From Raphidiopsis brookii D9 (GTDB taxonomy: Bacteria > Cyanobacteriota > Cyanobacteriia > Cyanobacteriales > Nostocaceae): a stretch of DNA of 32,000 nucleotides. The notes beneath the pieces were generated by a model. It saw only the letters and a program-made list of their open reading frames with translations, made no database searches and was not told where the DNA came from. The stretch is from positions 300,001-332,000 of the forward strand of contig ACYB01000035.1 of assembly GCA_000175855.1 (NCBI GenBank), written 5' to 3'. Made by a program: the position numbers and the translations under genes. This document shows positions 9,403-18,369 of this stretch, piece by piece (the stretch's first letter is position 1; the number at the start of each line of letters is the position of its first letter).

Positions 9403-9819
9403 ATGGCAACTCTCACGTATGTTAAAGGATTAACGACACCAGCAGAAGAATTGAATAGTTTAGGACTCACTGAGTTTGAGATGTTTTTGACTGCTTATAG
9501 TCCGGTATTCCATAAAGCAGCGCGTGAGACAGCTAATCAACTTTTGACAAACAAGAACTTCAATAAATCCAGAAAGGTAAATCCTGCTTATACCAGCGTT
9601 ATAGCATTGGTCAAATACGCACGCCAATACGGATTAGCCAGTGATGAAGCAGCAGCTATGGCGATTGCCAGACGTGGTATGCGTTTAAAAGAAAAAATGC
9701 ATGACTCCATAACCGCCTATCTCTCCGTGAAGGATGGAAAGCACGTATGGAGTCAGTGGAATCAACTGAATAAAACTCTTAAGTCTCGTACTGATGTTAG
9801 CGGTAGTGTGAGTTTTTAA
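9403..9819 (+). pseudogene. tnpB: IS607-family TnpB with most of the central (RuvC/nuclease) region missing
   Basis: Only 138 aa. The N-terminal part (MATLTYVKGLTTPAEELNSLGLTEFEMFLTAYSPVFHKAARETANQLLTNKNFNKSRK) joins directly to a C-terminal TnpB-like part (VNPAYTSVIALVKYARQYGLASDEAAAMAIARRGMRLKEK...GKHVWSQW). Confidence 0.7.
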
Positions 9820-9856
9820 AAATGGCGATCGCGAAACATTCACCTATCCCAAATTA

Positions 9857-10165
9857 TTAACTATCCTCTATCAATTCTAATGGTGGTAATTCTTTTACAA
9901 TTCTCACTGTCTCCATACTAACTTTGACTATCCTCTTGATTAAATCCACTATATAACGCGGATCTTCTGACCACTGGTTAGGATTATTGACTATTCCGCT
10001 ATCTTTATCCTTGGTGACTTTATATCTCTCCATTATCCATTCTAATGGTGATTTTCCATTGACTATATATTCGTAGCTTTCTAGGGGAATTTGAGAGAGG
10101 GTGATTTTACTATTATAAATAATGGTGGTTTTATCTATTCCGTTCTTGTTTTTACCAAATACCAT
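9857..10165 (-). CDS. Type ISP-like enzyme fragment 5: C-terminus
   Basis: 102 aa ORF with PLEWIMERYKVTKDKDSGIVNNPNQWSEDPRYIVDLIKRIVKVSMETVRIVKELPPL, continuous with fragment 4 if 1 nt is added. Confidence 0.8.
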   Translation of the reverse strand: MVFGKNKNGIDKTTIIYNSKITLSQIPLESYEYIVNGKSPLEWIMERYKVTKDKDSGIVNNPNQWSEDPRYIVDLIKRIVKVSMETVRIVKELPPLELIEDS

Positions 10166-10854
10166 TTTTCTACTTGGTAATCTTCATTATCTAAGTATAC
10201 TTCTACTGAAAATTCTTTGATTTCGTAAGGTTCTATGGTTTCATAGTTTAAATGATAGTGCGCTAGTTCTGCTCCTGCTTGACTGAATGACGAAAAGTCT
10301 TTTATGTAGGGAATTCTGGGTAACATCTTTTTTAGATCTGCTGCAAATCTTTGTTTATATTCGGGAGAGTGCAAAATTCCATATATGTAATAAAATATGT
10401 CTTCTTTTGTGATGCTTTTATCTTGGTATTTCTTTTGGAAGTCTTTTAAGATGTTATCTGGAATGTTTTCTTTTTTTGTGTATTCTTCTGTGGTTACTGT
10501 TGCAAATATTTCTCCTAGTTCGCTTTGTTTTTCGTATGTATATAAGGGGAAGCATTGACTCTTAGAAATTAGTTCTAAGTCAGGTAAAAAATTAGTTATT
10601 AAAGCCGAAAATTCTTTTGTTGAACCAACTCCGGTTACCGCAATTACTAAATTCTCAACATTTTGATTGGGGAATATTTTCGGCATTTGGTAAAGACGAT
10701 TATTTAAGTCTTTATTATAGTAATAGTTCTGTTTGCAGAAAGGACGGTAGATACTTCTGACAACTTCACTAGAATTAAAATTATGTATTATTAATTTACC
10801 ACAGTCTTCCTTTAGTTCTCCAGACCAACTTAATTTTTTTGGGATCAGTATCAA
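10135..10854 (-). CDS. Type ISP-like enzyme fragment 4: target-recognition region
   Basis: 239 aa ORF; WSGELKEDCGKLIIHNFNSSEVVRSIYRPFCKQNYYYNKDLNNRLYQMPKIFP. Confidence 0.8.
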   Translation of the reverse strand: MILIPKKLSWSGELKEDCGKLIIHNFNSSEVVRSIYRPFCKQNYYYNKDLNNRLYQMPKIFPNQNVENLVIAVTGVGSTKEFSALITNFLPDLELISKSQCFPLYTYEKQSELGEIFATVTTEEYTKKENIPDNILKDFQKKYQDKSITKEDIFYYIYGILHSPEYKQRFAADLKKMLPRIPYIKDFSSFSQAGAELAHYHLNYETIEPYEIKEFSVEVYLDNEDYQVEKWYLVKTRTE

Positions 10855-11080
10855 TAAACCGTTCTACTTTTTGTTTTCTTTGTTCAGCATTACTTAAAGT
10901 TTGACCCTCTAGAAATTTCCTAAAACCTTCAACTTGTTGATTATAAAAATCAATCATTCTCGTCATATTATCAATAAGTGATTCCTGGGAGAAATTATAA
11001 ACCCAAGCATCACGATTTTGTTTTAACTCCACTTGAATACACATCAAAAATAGTTTTAGTAGTTCGGTCTTTCTTATCAC
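10796..11080 (-). CDS. Type ISP-like enzyme fragment 3
   Basis: 94 aa ORF with NRDAWVYNFSQESLIDNMTRMIDFYNQ, continuous with the end of fragment 2 if 1 nt is removed. Confidence 0.75.
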   Translation of the reverse strand: MIRKTELLKLFLMCIQVELKQNRDAWVYNFSQESLIDNMTRMIDFYNQQVEGFRKFLEGQTLSNAEQRKQKVERFIDTDPKKIKLVWRTKGRLW

Positions 11081-12821
11081 CTAAAGAAATGAAATTTTCA
11101 AAATCAACGTTCCTTTGATTAATCCAATCATAATTTTTGTTAGGGGTGATTTCTTTCCACGGGATAGTAGAAATATTACCGAAGTCTTTAATAATATCTA
11201 GTTTTTCCGTTCTTTTTAAATAATCACCAATATCATAATATAATAATTGACATTTCTGTTTTTTATCAGGATTTTTAATAAGTATAGTAATAGCTATCGG
11301 TGCTAAACTTCCTCCTTTTCCGCCCAATGCAGCAAATAAAGGATGTCCTTCTTTGCGACAAATTTCTCCAGAAGTTCTTCCATTTTCTCTTAAATTAAAG
11401 TAATAAATATTTGTAAAGTCATCTACTAAGCATTTTCTTAACCCATCAGCAGAGTTACTATCTAAGAAAGAACCATTAGTAACAAAACAAACTATACCTT
11501 TTTCTTGTATTCTATCAGTTGCCCAACGAATAGCTCTGATATAAGAATCATAAAGACTGTTTTTTAATGTAGCACTAGAATATTTAGCGTAGGTACTTCT
11601 AATCTTATCATCTAACTTGGGATATGACAGATTTTTATTCCCATCATTTTCACTTTTCTGTCCAGCTGAGTAGGGAGGATTTCCAATAATTACGGTGATA
11701 TCTCTCTGCTTTTGTGATATGACTCTTTGATTGTTCTCTGGAAAAATATTCTCTAATAAATAACCCTCATTTTCAAACATCTGAAATGTGTCTGTTAAAA
11801 CAATGCCATTAAAGGGTTCATATTCCCCCTTTCTGGTGCTGAAAGAATTTGATTCTTCTTGTATACCAATCAAAAAATGGTAACTCTCTTCAATGTTTAT
11901 GGCTGCAATATAGTAGGCCAATAAAACAATTTCATTACAATGCAATTCATGGCTAAATTTCCGTTTTAGATCTTGTGGTTTTATTAGTCCACTTTGCAAT
12001 AGTCTTACCATGAAGGTACCTGTACCAGTAAAGGGATCTAAAATATGTACACCCTCATCCGTTAATCCTACTCCAAATTCTTGGTGCAGGGCAAAATTAG
12101 CACTTTTGATAATAAAGTCTACTACTTCTACTGGAGTGTAAACAATTCCTAGTCTTTCTACTAGTTTGGGGAAAGCTGTACGAAAGAATTTATCGTATAA
12201 TTCAATGATTATTTTCTGTTTGCCTTCTGCATTATCAATACCACTAGCACGCTCTCTCACACTTTTATAGAATTTTTCTAGGGTTTCTACTTCTTTCCCT
12301 AAAGATTCCTTCTCTAACGTGTCTAACATTCTTTGCATTGTCTGTGAAACAGGATTATTTTTCGTAAACTCATACCCTTCAAATAAGGCATCAAATACGG
12401 GTTTGGTAATTAAATGTTGTGATAACATTTCAATGGCTTCATCTTCCCTTACATTGGGATTAATATTTTTATGCAGTCCTGTTAAGAATTCTTCAAATGC
12501 TTTTCTAGGTCCTGATTGGGATTTTTCTAATAGTCCTTTGATTCTGGAAGTATGATTTTCAGCTATTTTGGCTACGTCTTTAGCCCAATCTTCCCAATAA
12601 CGACGATTTCCACATTTAGTTACTATTTTAGCATAGATGGCATCTCGCCATTCTTGAATGGGAAAGTTTAATTCTAGTTGTCGATTAAAATTTTTACTCT
12701 TTTTGGTTGATGAATTATCATTTCTCTCTCCACCAACTCCAACTATACTAATTTTTTGCGGTCGGTTTTTATTCAAATCAATTTTTATTGACTGTGTCAT
12801 TAAATCTGTCATCATGGGCAC
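11010..12821 (-). CDS. Type ISP-like enzyme fragment 2: methyltransferase portion
   Basis: 603 aa ORF with LDPFTGTGTFMVRLLQSG and VIIGNPPYSAGQ. Confidence 0.85.
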   Translation of the reverse strand: MPMMTDLMTQSIKIDLNKNRPQKISIVGVGGERNDNSSTKKSKNFNRQLELNFPIQEWRDAIYAKIVTKCGNRRYWEDWAKDVAKIAENHTSRIKGLLEKSQSGPRKAFEEFLTGLHKNINPNVREDEAIEMLSQHLITKPVFDALFEGYEFTKNNPVSQTMQRMLDTLEKESLGKEVETLEKFYKSVRERASGIDNAEGKQKIIIELYDKFFRTAFPKLVERLGIVYTPVEVVDFIIKSANFALHQEFGVGLTDEGVHILDPFTGTGTFMVRLLQSGLIKPQDLKRKFSHELHCNEIVLLAYYIAAINIEESYHFLIGIQEESNSFSTRKGEYEPFNGIVLTDTFQMFENEGYLLENIFPENNQRVISQKQRDITVIIGNPPYSAGQKSENDGNKNLSYPKLDDKIRSTYAKYSSATLKNSLYDSYIRAIRWATDRIQEKGIVCFVTNGSFLDSNSADGLRKCLVDDFTNIYYFNLRENGRTSGEICRKEGHPLFAALGGKGGSLAPIAITILIKNPDKKQKCQLLYYDIGDYLKRTEKLDIIKDFGNISTIPWKEITPNKNYDWINQRNVDFENFISLGDKKDRTTKTIFDVYSSGVKTKS

Positions 12822-12869
12822 GTAAGGCTTGTAATACTTGCCAAATTACTTTATATTTCTCATTATCTT

Positions 12870-14744
12870 TTAAAGCAACATCGGGAGACATATCCGCAGG
12901 TATACCAACGGGTAAAATGATATAACCATATTTTTTCCCTCTGCTCTTCTCATAACTCTCCCCACAGACTGCACCACGTCTACTACGGAATTACGGGGTG
13001 TGAGGAATATCACCGCATCTAATGCTGGAACATCCACACCTTCGGATAAGCATCTTGCATTAGAGAGTATACGACAGATATTAGAGCTGTTTATTTTATT
13101 TATTTCTTTTGAGGAGGGTTCAGATTTTAACCATTCTAATTTTTCATTTCTTTCCAGGGCATTTTGTTTACCATCAACGTGGTCTAATTCGCATTGTAAA
13201 ACTGTTTCATCATCCGGGTTTTTGTATTGATAGTCATTGATAATACCGGCAAATAGGTTAACTATTCTCTGTGAATCTTTAATACTACGAGAGAAAGCAA
13301 CAGCTCTTTTCATAGGGGTACTATCTTCTATTTCTCCCCCTTGTATATCTTTAATTAACCGTTTTGCTAAACCATTCCAGCACCCAACGATTTTTACAGC
13401 ATCATCTAATTTTAGTTCGTTATCTGCATCTGCTAATTGTTGTTGAAATGTGGCACTAACAAATTTTTCATCTACTGCTAACACCATCACTTTATAATCT
13501 GTGAGTAAACCGGTGCTGACAGCTTCACCAAAACCTAAACGATGAAATTCCTTTCCGAAGGTATGTAGGTCGTCCATAGAATATAAGGAAGCATCATTTT
13601 CCTTAGCTTGCACTTTGGTGTCATCACTGTAAATTCTGGGAGTTGCGGTCATATAAAGCCGTTTTTTGGCTTTGAGAAAATCTTGGTCGTGAACTTTTGT
13701 GAAGTAAGATTCATCTGTTCCAGTAATAGTTATACCTGTGGTTCTATGTGCTTCATCACAGATAATTAAATCGATTTCTGGTAACCCTTTTTGTTGTGCT
13801 TCTGATATAGCTTGAATAGATTGGTAGGTGGAGAAGATAACAGTTAATTTTGGTGGGTTATTTTGATTTGTCTTTTGGATAGTTTGATAAGACTTAATAA
13901 TATCTTGGGCCTTAGTAGTGGGAGGGAAAGCCAGGTCATTGACTGTGATATCAGCAGTATCATCATTTTGAGATTTTGTCTTATTTTTACCCACATTGAC
14001 ATCAGAGCAAACTGCTATGCTATGAAAATCGATTTGCCTTTCAGCAGTCCATTCTCTTAAAGTTTGAGAAAGTAAGGAAATAGAGGGTACTAAAAAGAGA
14101 ATTAAATGACTATGTTTGGGAACATGCTCAGCGATTTTTAAAGCGGTAAAGGTTTTACCAGTACCACATGCCATGATTAATTTACCTCGGTCAGCGTGTT
14201 CAAATTGAGTGAGGACTTTTTCTAATGCTATTTGTTGATGGGGGCGAATATGCTTTTTAGGTTTTAGTTGTAAAATATCAGGATTTTGGAGACTATATTT
14301 ATTCCAATCTATAGGACTATTTTCTAAATCATAAATTGTGGCACGAATGACAGGAATTTGTTGATCATCTAATGCTGCTTGGGCGTGTTTGCTCCATTTT
14401 GCGGTTGTAGAGATAATCATCCGTTTTTTAAAAACCTTAGTTCCCGAGGCGGTAAAAAAGGAATCTATATCTGATTTTTGTAGTGTTTGGTTTAAATCAT
14501 AACATTTACATTGAATAGCACAGTAGTCTCCTGTATCTCGGATCATTCCTACTAAATCAATTCCGGTGTCTGGCATGTTTGCTCTTTTAGGAAAATCCAT
14601 CCACAACCAAACCTGACTAAAATACTCGTTGTAAATTGGGTCTGTTTTGAGATAATTCAACATTAACCTTTCAAATTTATCACCTTGTTCACGCGTTGAG
14701 GAGGAAGTTTGTTTGATTTCGTTGAGTATTTTTTGGATTGTCAT
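12870..14744 (-). CDS. Type ISP-like enzyme fragment 1: nuclease and helicase portion
   Basis: 624 aa ORF starting MTIQKILNEIKQTSSSTREQGDKFERLMLNYLKTDP; ends out of frame after SVGRVMRRAEGKN. Confidence 0.85.
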   Translation of the reverse strand: MTIQKILNEIKQTSSSTREQGDKFERLMLNYLKTDPIYNEYFSQVWLWMDFPKRANMPDTGIDLVGMIRDTGDYCAIQCKCYDLNQTLQKSDIDSFFTASGTKVFKKRMIISTTAKWSKHAQAALDDQQIPVIRATIYDLENSPIDWNKYSLQNPDILQLKPKKHIRPHQQIALEKVLTQFEHADRGKLIMACGTGKTFTALKIAEHVPKHSHLILFLVPSISLLSQTLREWTAERQIDFHSIAVCSDVNVGKNKTKSQNDDTADITVNDLAFPPTTKAQDIIKSYQTIQKTNQNNPPKLTVIFSTYQSIQAISEAQQKGLPEIDLIICDEAHRTTGITITGTDESYFTKVHDQDFLKAKKRLYMTATPRIYSDDTKVQAKENDASLYSMDDLHTFGKEFHRLGFGEAVSTGLLTDYKVMVLAVDEKFVSATFQQQLADADNELKLDDAVKIVGCWNGLAKRLIKDIQGGEIEDSTPMKRAVAFSRSIKDSQRIVNLFAGIINDYQYKNPDDETVLQCELDHVDGKQNALERNEKLEWLKSEPSSKEINKINSSNICRILSNARCLSEGVDVPALDAVIFLTPRNSVVDVVQSVGRVMRRAEGKNMVISFYPLVYLRICLPMLL

Positions 14745-14955
14745 GTTTATATTTCTCCTGTGGTATCTGGCTTTTATAAGGTTTAGTATATTCTGTGGAT
14801 TCTAACTGGTTTTTGATGAAGTGAGTATGTAAGATATAAAAAAACATACTTTTTTATATTTATTAATATATCTACAAATAAAGTTGATTAGGGGACTGTC
14901 CCGTCTATTTTAATCCCTTACTCTGTCTATTGTCTAAACCCATGCCCTTAAGTAA

Positions 14956-15612
14956 ATGCCGTTCAGAGAGAATTTTGGTAAACTTTTGTTACAAAAGCAT
15001 TCTTTTTTTGCGCTTTACTGTACAGTGGTGACAATACACCTTACTTTTATTAGGCCTGTCAATGTGAGCAGCTTTCAGAACTCCTACGAAGTTTTCCAGT
15101 CAGTAGAAAGGAAAGCTAATTTTGTTAGTGCTTTTTGGCATCGATTCAAAACGGAGATTATTCAACATCTACCCCATTCTTATCACGATGAAATTTATCA
15201 GCTTTCTCAAAACTTACAAAAGGCTTTAGATATATTAATCGATGAGTTACGTAATCCTGTTCTTGTGTTGGCAACTACTGGTACGACTAGTAGTGGTAAA
15301 AGTACACTGGTAAATTTTCTGTGCGGGGCAGATGTTCTGCCAACGGCGGTGGGTGAAATGAGTGCAGGGTCTGTAACAATTGAATACAGTGAGCAAAGGT
15401 GTTTAACTATTGAAGAAACTCCAGGTGCTCTATGGGAATGTGGTCGATGGGAAAATATCACTGATGATCAAATCTGTAGAAAGTTGGAACAGGTTATGAT
15501 CACTTATCTTGATCATCAGAAAGACCAAGCTGTTCTGGCTTATCCAAGGTTTTTTCTCTCTTATCCTTTTAGGTTTTTTAAGGAGTATAAAAATATTTAC
15601 CGGAGGGAGTGA
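14956..15612 (+). CDS. Dynamin-like GTPase A, N-terminal fragment (G1 region); the true start may be internal (for example near 15064)
   Basis: LVLATTGTTSSGKSTLVNFLCGADVLPTAVGEMSAGSVTIEYSE is a P-loop plus switch I typical of dynamin-family GTPases; the ORF ends just before the DLPG motif, which lies in the next ORF. Confidence 0.75.
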   Translation: MPFRENFGKLLLQKHSFFALYCTVVTIHLTFIRPVNVSSFQNSYEVFQSVERKANFVSAFWHRFKTEIIQHLPHSYHDEIYQLSQNLQKALDILIDELRNPVLVLATTGTTSSGKSTLVNFLCGADVLPTAVGEMSAGSVTIEYSEQRCLTIEETPGALWECGRWENITDDQICRKLEQVMITYLDHQKDQAVLAYPRFFLSYPFRFFKEYKNIYRRE

Positions 15613-17483
15613 AAGTTAAGATCCTTGATTTACCAGGTTTATCTTATGTGGGTGATGAAACCAGTATGGAGGTAATTAGACAATGTCGTGAGGCTTTGTG
15701 TTTAGTTACTTATAATAGTCAGGAAACTGATCCTCAGAAGGTTAGGAGTCTTTTATTGCAGGTTGTAGAAGAGGTAAAAGGACTGGGGGGATCTCCTGAT
15801 CGAATGCTGTTTGTTTTTAATAAGATTGATGTTTTTAGAGATGATAAGAATTGGGAAGAGAGTGAAAGACGTTTTATAGAAAAAACAACAAAAAACATCA
15901 AGGATGAATTAAGGATACATTTAGGTGAGTATACTCAAGCGATTAAAAATTTAAAGTTGATTAAGCTAAGTACTTTGCCAGCACTGCTGTCCTTACAAAT
16001 TTTGAGTGATAATTATAATCATAGTAATACGGCTTGTAGGGATGCTGATCGTAAATTTAATAAATTGATTGAAGAAAGTATTTTAGAAGACTTACCGCGA
16101 AACGCAGAAAAATGGTCTGGTCAAGATAGACGACGTATAGCTCAGGATTTATGGCGAAAATCCTATGCTCAGGAATTCCAGGAATGTTTAAATGAGCATA
16201 TTGCTGAGCATTTTCCTAAGTTAGTGATTCCTCAAGCAATAGAAAGATTTAATACAAGCGCGGGAAATAGTATAACCCAATGGACAGTGCAAACCACTAC
16301 GGCAATTCTCAATAGCTCGGAAGAAAGTTATCAGCAAGAATGCCACAGAATCTCTCAAGTTAAGTCTGATTTAGATCACTTTATTCAAGTGAGTAGTAAC
16401 AGCTTGCGAAACCCTTTTGAGAAAATTAGTCAAGAGATCGGGGAGTATTTTGATAAAGAAAATAAGGATGTGCAGCATCTAAGTAAGACTTTAACGTCTG
16501 TGGTCATAGAACTTCAGAATACGGAACCTTGTAGAAATAATCCTGAAATTCAAGAGAAATTAGTTCCTTTGTATGATTGGAGAGATTCTTTATCTAGGGA
16601 AGTTAGTACCATTTTAGAAGCGGTAACATCTTCCTTGGAAAAAGGGACTGTCACCCTAGATCATCCCAACTTTAAAAAGGTTAATAGTTACCATGTAAAA
16701 TTATTGGAAGGTAATATTATAAGATTAATCAAACTTGGCTATAGTCATGATATTGCTAAACATGGCAAGACCATTGAAGCGAAAACCGAGCTGGAGAAGG
16801 AGAATCTTAGGCAAACAAATAATGAAATTAACGAATTATCTATCCATCTAAGTTTAATTATACCTCAAGTATTAGAGAAAACTTCTGAACAGGAGATCCA
16901 GCGAATATATGAAGCCGTTAATGGGTTATTTGCGTTTTATCTAGAGTTTTTAGAAGAGGAGTGTAATGAAATTGCTGGGAACAAGCTTGGGATCAATTTT
17001 TCTAAGTCAGAACTTGTGCAAGTTAAGAAAGATCTTAAATTCATTCAACCGAAATTTAAGTCTGACTTTGCAATTGAAACCCGAGAGTATACTGAAGAAA
17101 CAAGAAGTTGGGACTATTGGTTTTGGTTAGTTCCGAAACAGGTAGTATGCTCCAGTGATAATGCAAAAATTCCCAAGATGAGAGATATTCTCACCACTTG
17201 GGAGCTGGAAATCAAAAAGATCGATCCAGAGTTGTTAAAACCTTTCATAGAATGGTTGCTAGAACAAATTGACAACTTAAAAAAAAAGGTAGATAAGACT
17301 CAAAGTGAGATTATTAAGAGTTATAGAGATAGATTAGAAAAGGCTAGAAAGGAAGTTAATTTTGACTATGAACAACGGCAAAGTATTTGGCAACCCATGC
17401 AGAAAAGAGCTAAAGAATTAGAGTGGGAATTTTCCCAATTAGTCAATTTTGAAAAACCTCAGGTAAATAACAATGATAAATAA
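15609..17483 (+). CDS. Dynamin-like GTPase A, remainder (G3, G4 and helical stalk)
   Basis: VKVKILDLPGLSYVGDETSME (G3) and RMLFVFNKIDVFRD (G4), followed by long helical/coiled-coil sequence. Confidence 0.8.
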   Translation: MKVKILDLPGLSYVGDETSMEVIRQCREALCLVTYNSQETDPQKVRSLLLQVVEEVKGLGGSPDRMLFVFNKIDVFRDDKNWEESERRFIEKTTKNIKDELRIHLGEYTQAIKNLKLIKLSTLPALLSLQILSDNYNHSNTACRDADRKFNKLIEESILEDLPRNAEKWSGQDRRRIAQDLWRKSYAQEFQECLNEHIAEHFPKLVIPQAIERFNTSAGNSITQWTVQTTTAILNSSEESYQQECHRISQVKSDLDHFIQVSSNSLRNPFEKISQEIGEYFDKENKDVQHLSKTLTSVVIELQNTEPCRNNPEIQEKLVPLYDWRDSLSREVSTILEAVTSSLEKGTVTLDHPNFKKVNSYHVKLLEGNIIRLIKLGYSHDIAKHGKTIEAKTELEKENLRQTNNEINELSIHLSLIIPQVLEKTSEQEIQRIYEAVNGLFAFYLEFLEEECNEIAGNKLGINFSKSELVQVKKDLKFIQPKFKSDFAIETREYTEETRSWDYWFWLVPKQVVCSSDNAKIPKMRDILTTWELEIKKIDPELLKPFIEWLLEQIDNLKKKVDKTQSEIIKSYRDRLEKARKEVNFDYEQRQSIWQPMQKRAKELEWEFSQLVNFEKPQVNNNDK

Positions 17484-18357
17484 GCTGATCGAACCATTGT
17501 TTAACCGAATATACCCCCAAATCAAAAGTAAAGAGAAAGGGGTATTATATCAGATCATAAAGTTGATAATCCGTGAGGCTAAACTAGAGCAATTAGTCAA
17601 TTCTCAGGAAATTTATCTTAGCTTTGAAATACAAGAATCTTCCAAACTAGAAGATGATTTTCGCATTGTTTATGAAATACAAGAGTCCTTTCTAAATTCT
17701 CTGATACCTTTTACTCATGATATAAAAATGGTTATTGATGAGATAAAACAGCAGTTAAAATCCTATATAGGTATTTTTGAAAACTTAGGAAACCTAGTTT
17801 TCATAAACAATTGTTTTCAAGCAGAGGCAAAAAAACAAAAACAAATGGAAATTCTTACATTGACTGCTGTTTTTTTAATTGGACTAGCAGTTGTTGGGGT
17901 CTTAGTCTTACCAAACAGGAATAAACCTTCATCTTCCAAGGCAATTCCTGCTACCAAATCTACGGCAATATGTCTAGCACTTCCGGCATTTGCGGTCTTT
18001 GGTTTAAAGCAAAGGGAGATGGCAAGTGAGCAAGTTACTGACGATTTAGCGGAAGAAGAGATAGCAAGGGATAAAATTATTGAACTAGTTGAAGCGGCTA
18101 CAGAATTCCTATGCGTTGAAGCCGATAAGCAAATAGCTATGAAGACTACAAACCAGGAAGTTAAGCCAGACAGTCAACTTAAATTTTACATTTGCATTCG
18201 CATTGAAATTCCCAGTGAAAACGACATTCTAGAGGAAAAAACTAAATATGGAATTAAAGATAACCTTCGGAACCTTCACCCCGATACAAAAGGTAAAATT
18301 ATCCAACTGGGTCGTTTAACAGATCCTTCCAATCTTCGGTTGTTCAATCGGATTTAA
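17473..18357 (+). CDS. Uncharacterised protein with central hydrophobic segment(s), in the dynamin-like operon
   Basis: Overlaps the upstream ORF by 11 nt (ATGATAAATAA) and lies 12 nt before the next one; hydrophobic stretch EILTLTAVFLIGLAVVGVLVLP and a second one STAICLALPAFAVFG. Confidence 0.75.
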   Translation: MINKLIEPLFNRIYPQIKSKEKGVLYQIIKLIIREAKLEQLVNSQEIYLSFEIQESSKLEDDFRIVYEIQESFLNSLIPFTHDIKMVIDEIKQQLKSYIGIFENLGNLVFINNCFQAEAKKQKQMEILTLTAVFLIGLAVVGVLVLPNRNKPSSSKAIPATKSTAICLALPAFAVFGLKQREMASEQVTDDLAEEEIARDKIIELVEAATEFLCVEADKQIAMKTTNQEVKPDSQLKFYICIRIEIPSENDILEEKTKYGIKDNLRNLHPDTKGKIIQLGRLTDPSNLRLFNRI

Positions 18358-18369
18358 GAAGTTAATTTT

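Larger units (their letters stand above)
8760..9819 (+). mobile_element. IS607-family insertion sequence (coding core; ends not determined), with internally deleted tnpB
   Basis: Serine-recombinase TnpA ORF immediately followed (1 nt gap) by a short ORF resembling the N- and C-terminal ends of IS607-family TnpB. Confidence 0.8.
9857..14744 (-). pseudogene. Type ISP-like single-polypeptide restriction-modification enzyme (Mrr-like nuclease, SF2 helicase, N6-adenine methyltransferase, target-recognition domain), interrupted by five 1-nt frameshifts
   Basis: Consecutive minus-strand ORFs give, in order: GIDLVG...CAIQCKCY (nuclease-like), ACGTGKT, DEAH, MTATPRIY (helicase), LDPFTGTGTFM and IIGNPPY (methyltransferase), and WSGELK...VVRSIYRPFCKQNYYYNKDLNNRLYQMPKIFP (C-terminal region of this family). 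Total span 4888 nt (about 1630 codons) fits a LlaGI/LlaBIII-like protein. Confidence 0.85.

Noticed and set aside
12319-14060. Plus-strand ORFs 12319-12555, 13000-13230, 13237-13446 and 13863-14060
   Set aside because: Antisense to the restriction enzyme gene, low-complexity translations; shadow ORFs.
9857-14744. Phase variation as the explanation for the restriction enzyme frameshifts
   Set aside because: Runs are only 4-7 A/T long and five independent sites are affected; classical phase-variable tracts are usually longer and single. Sequencing error or recent decay is simpler, though only reads can settle it.
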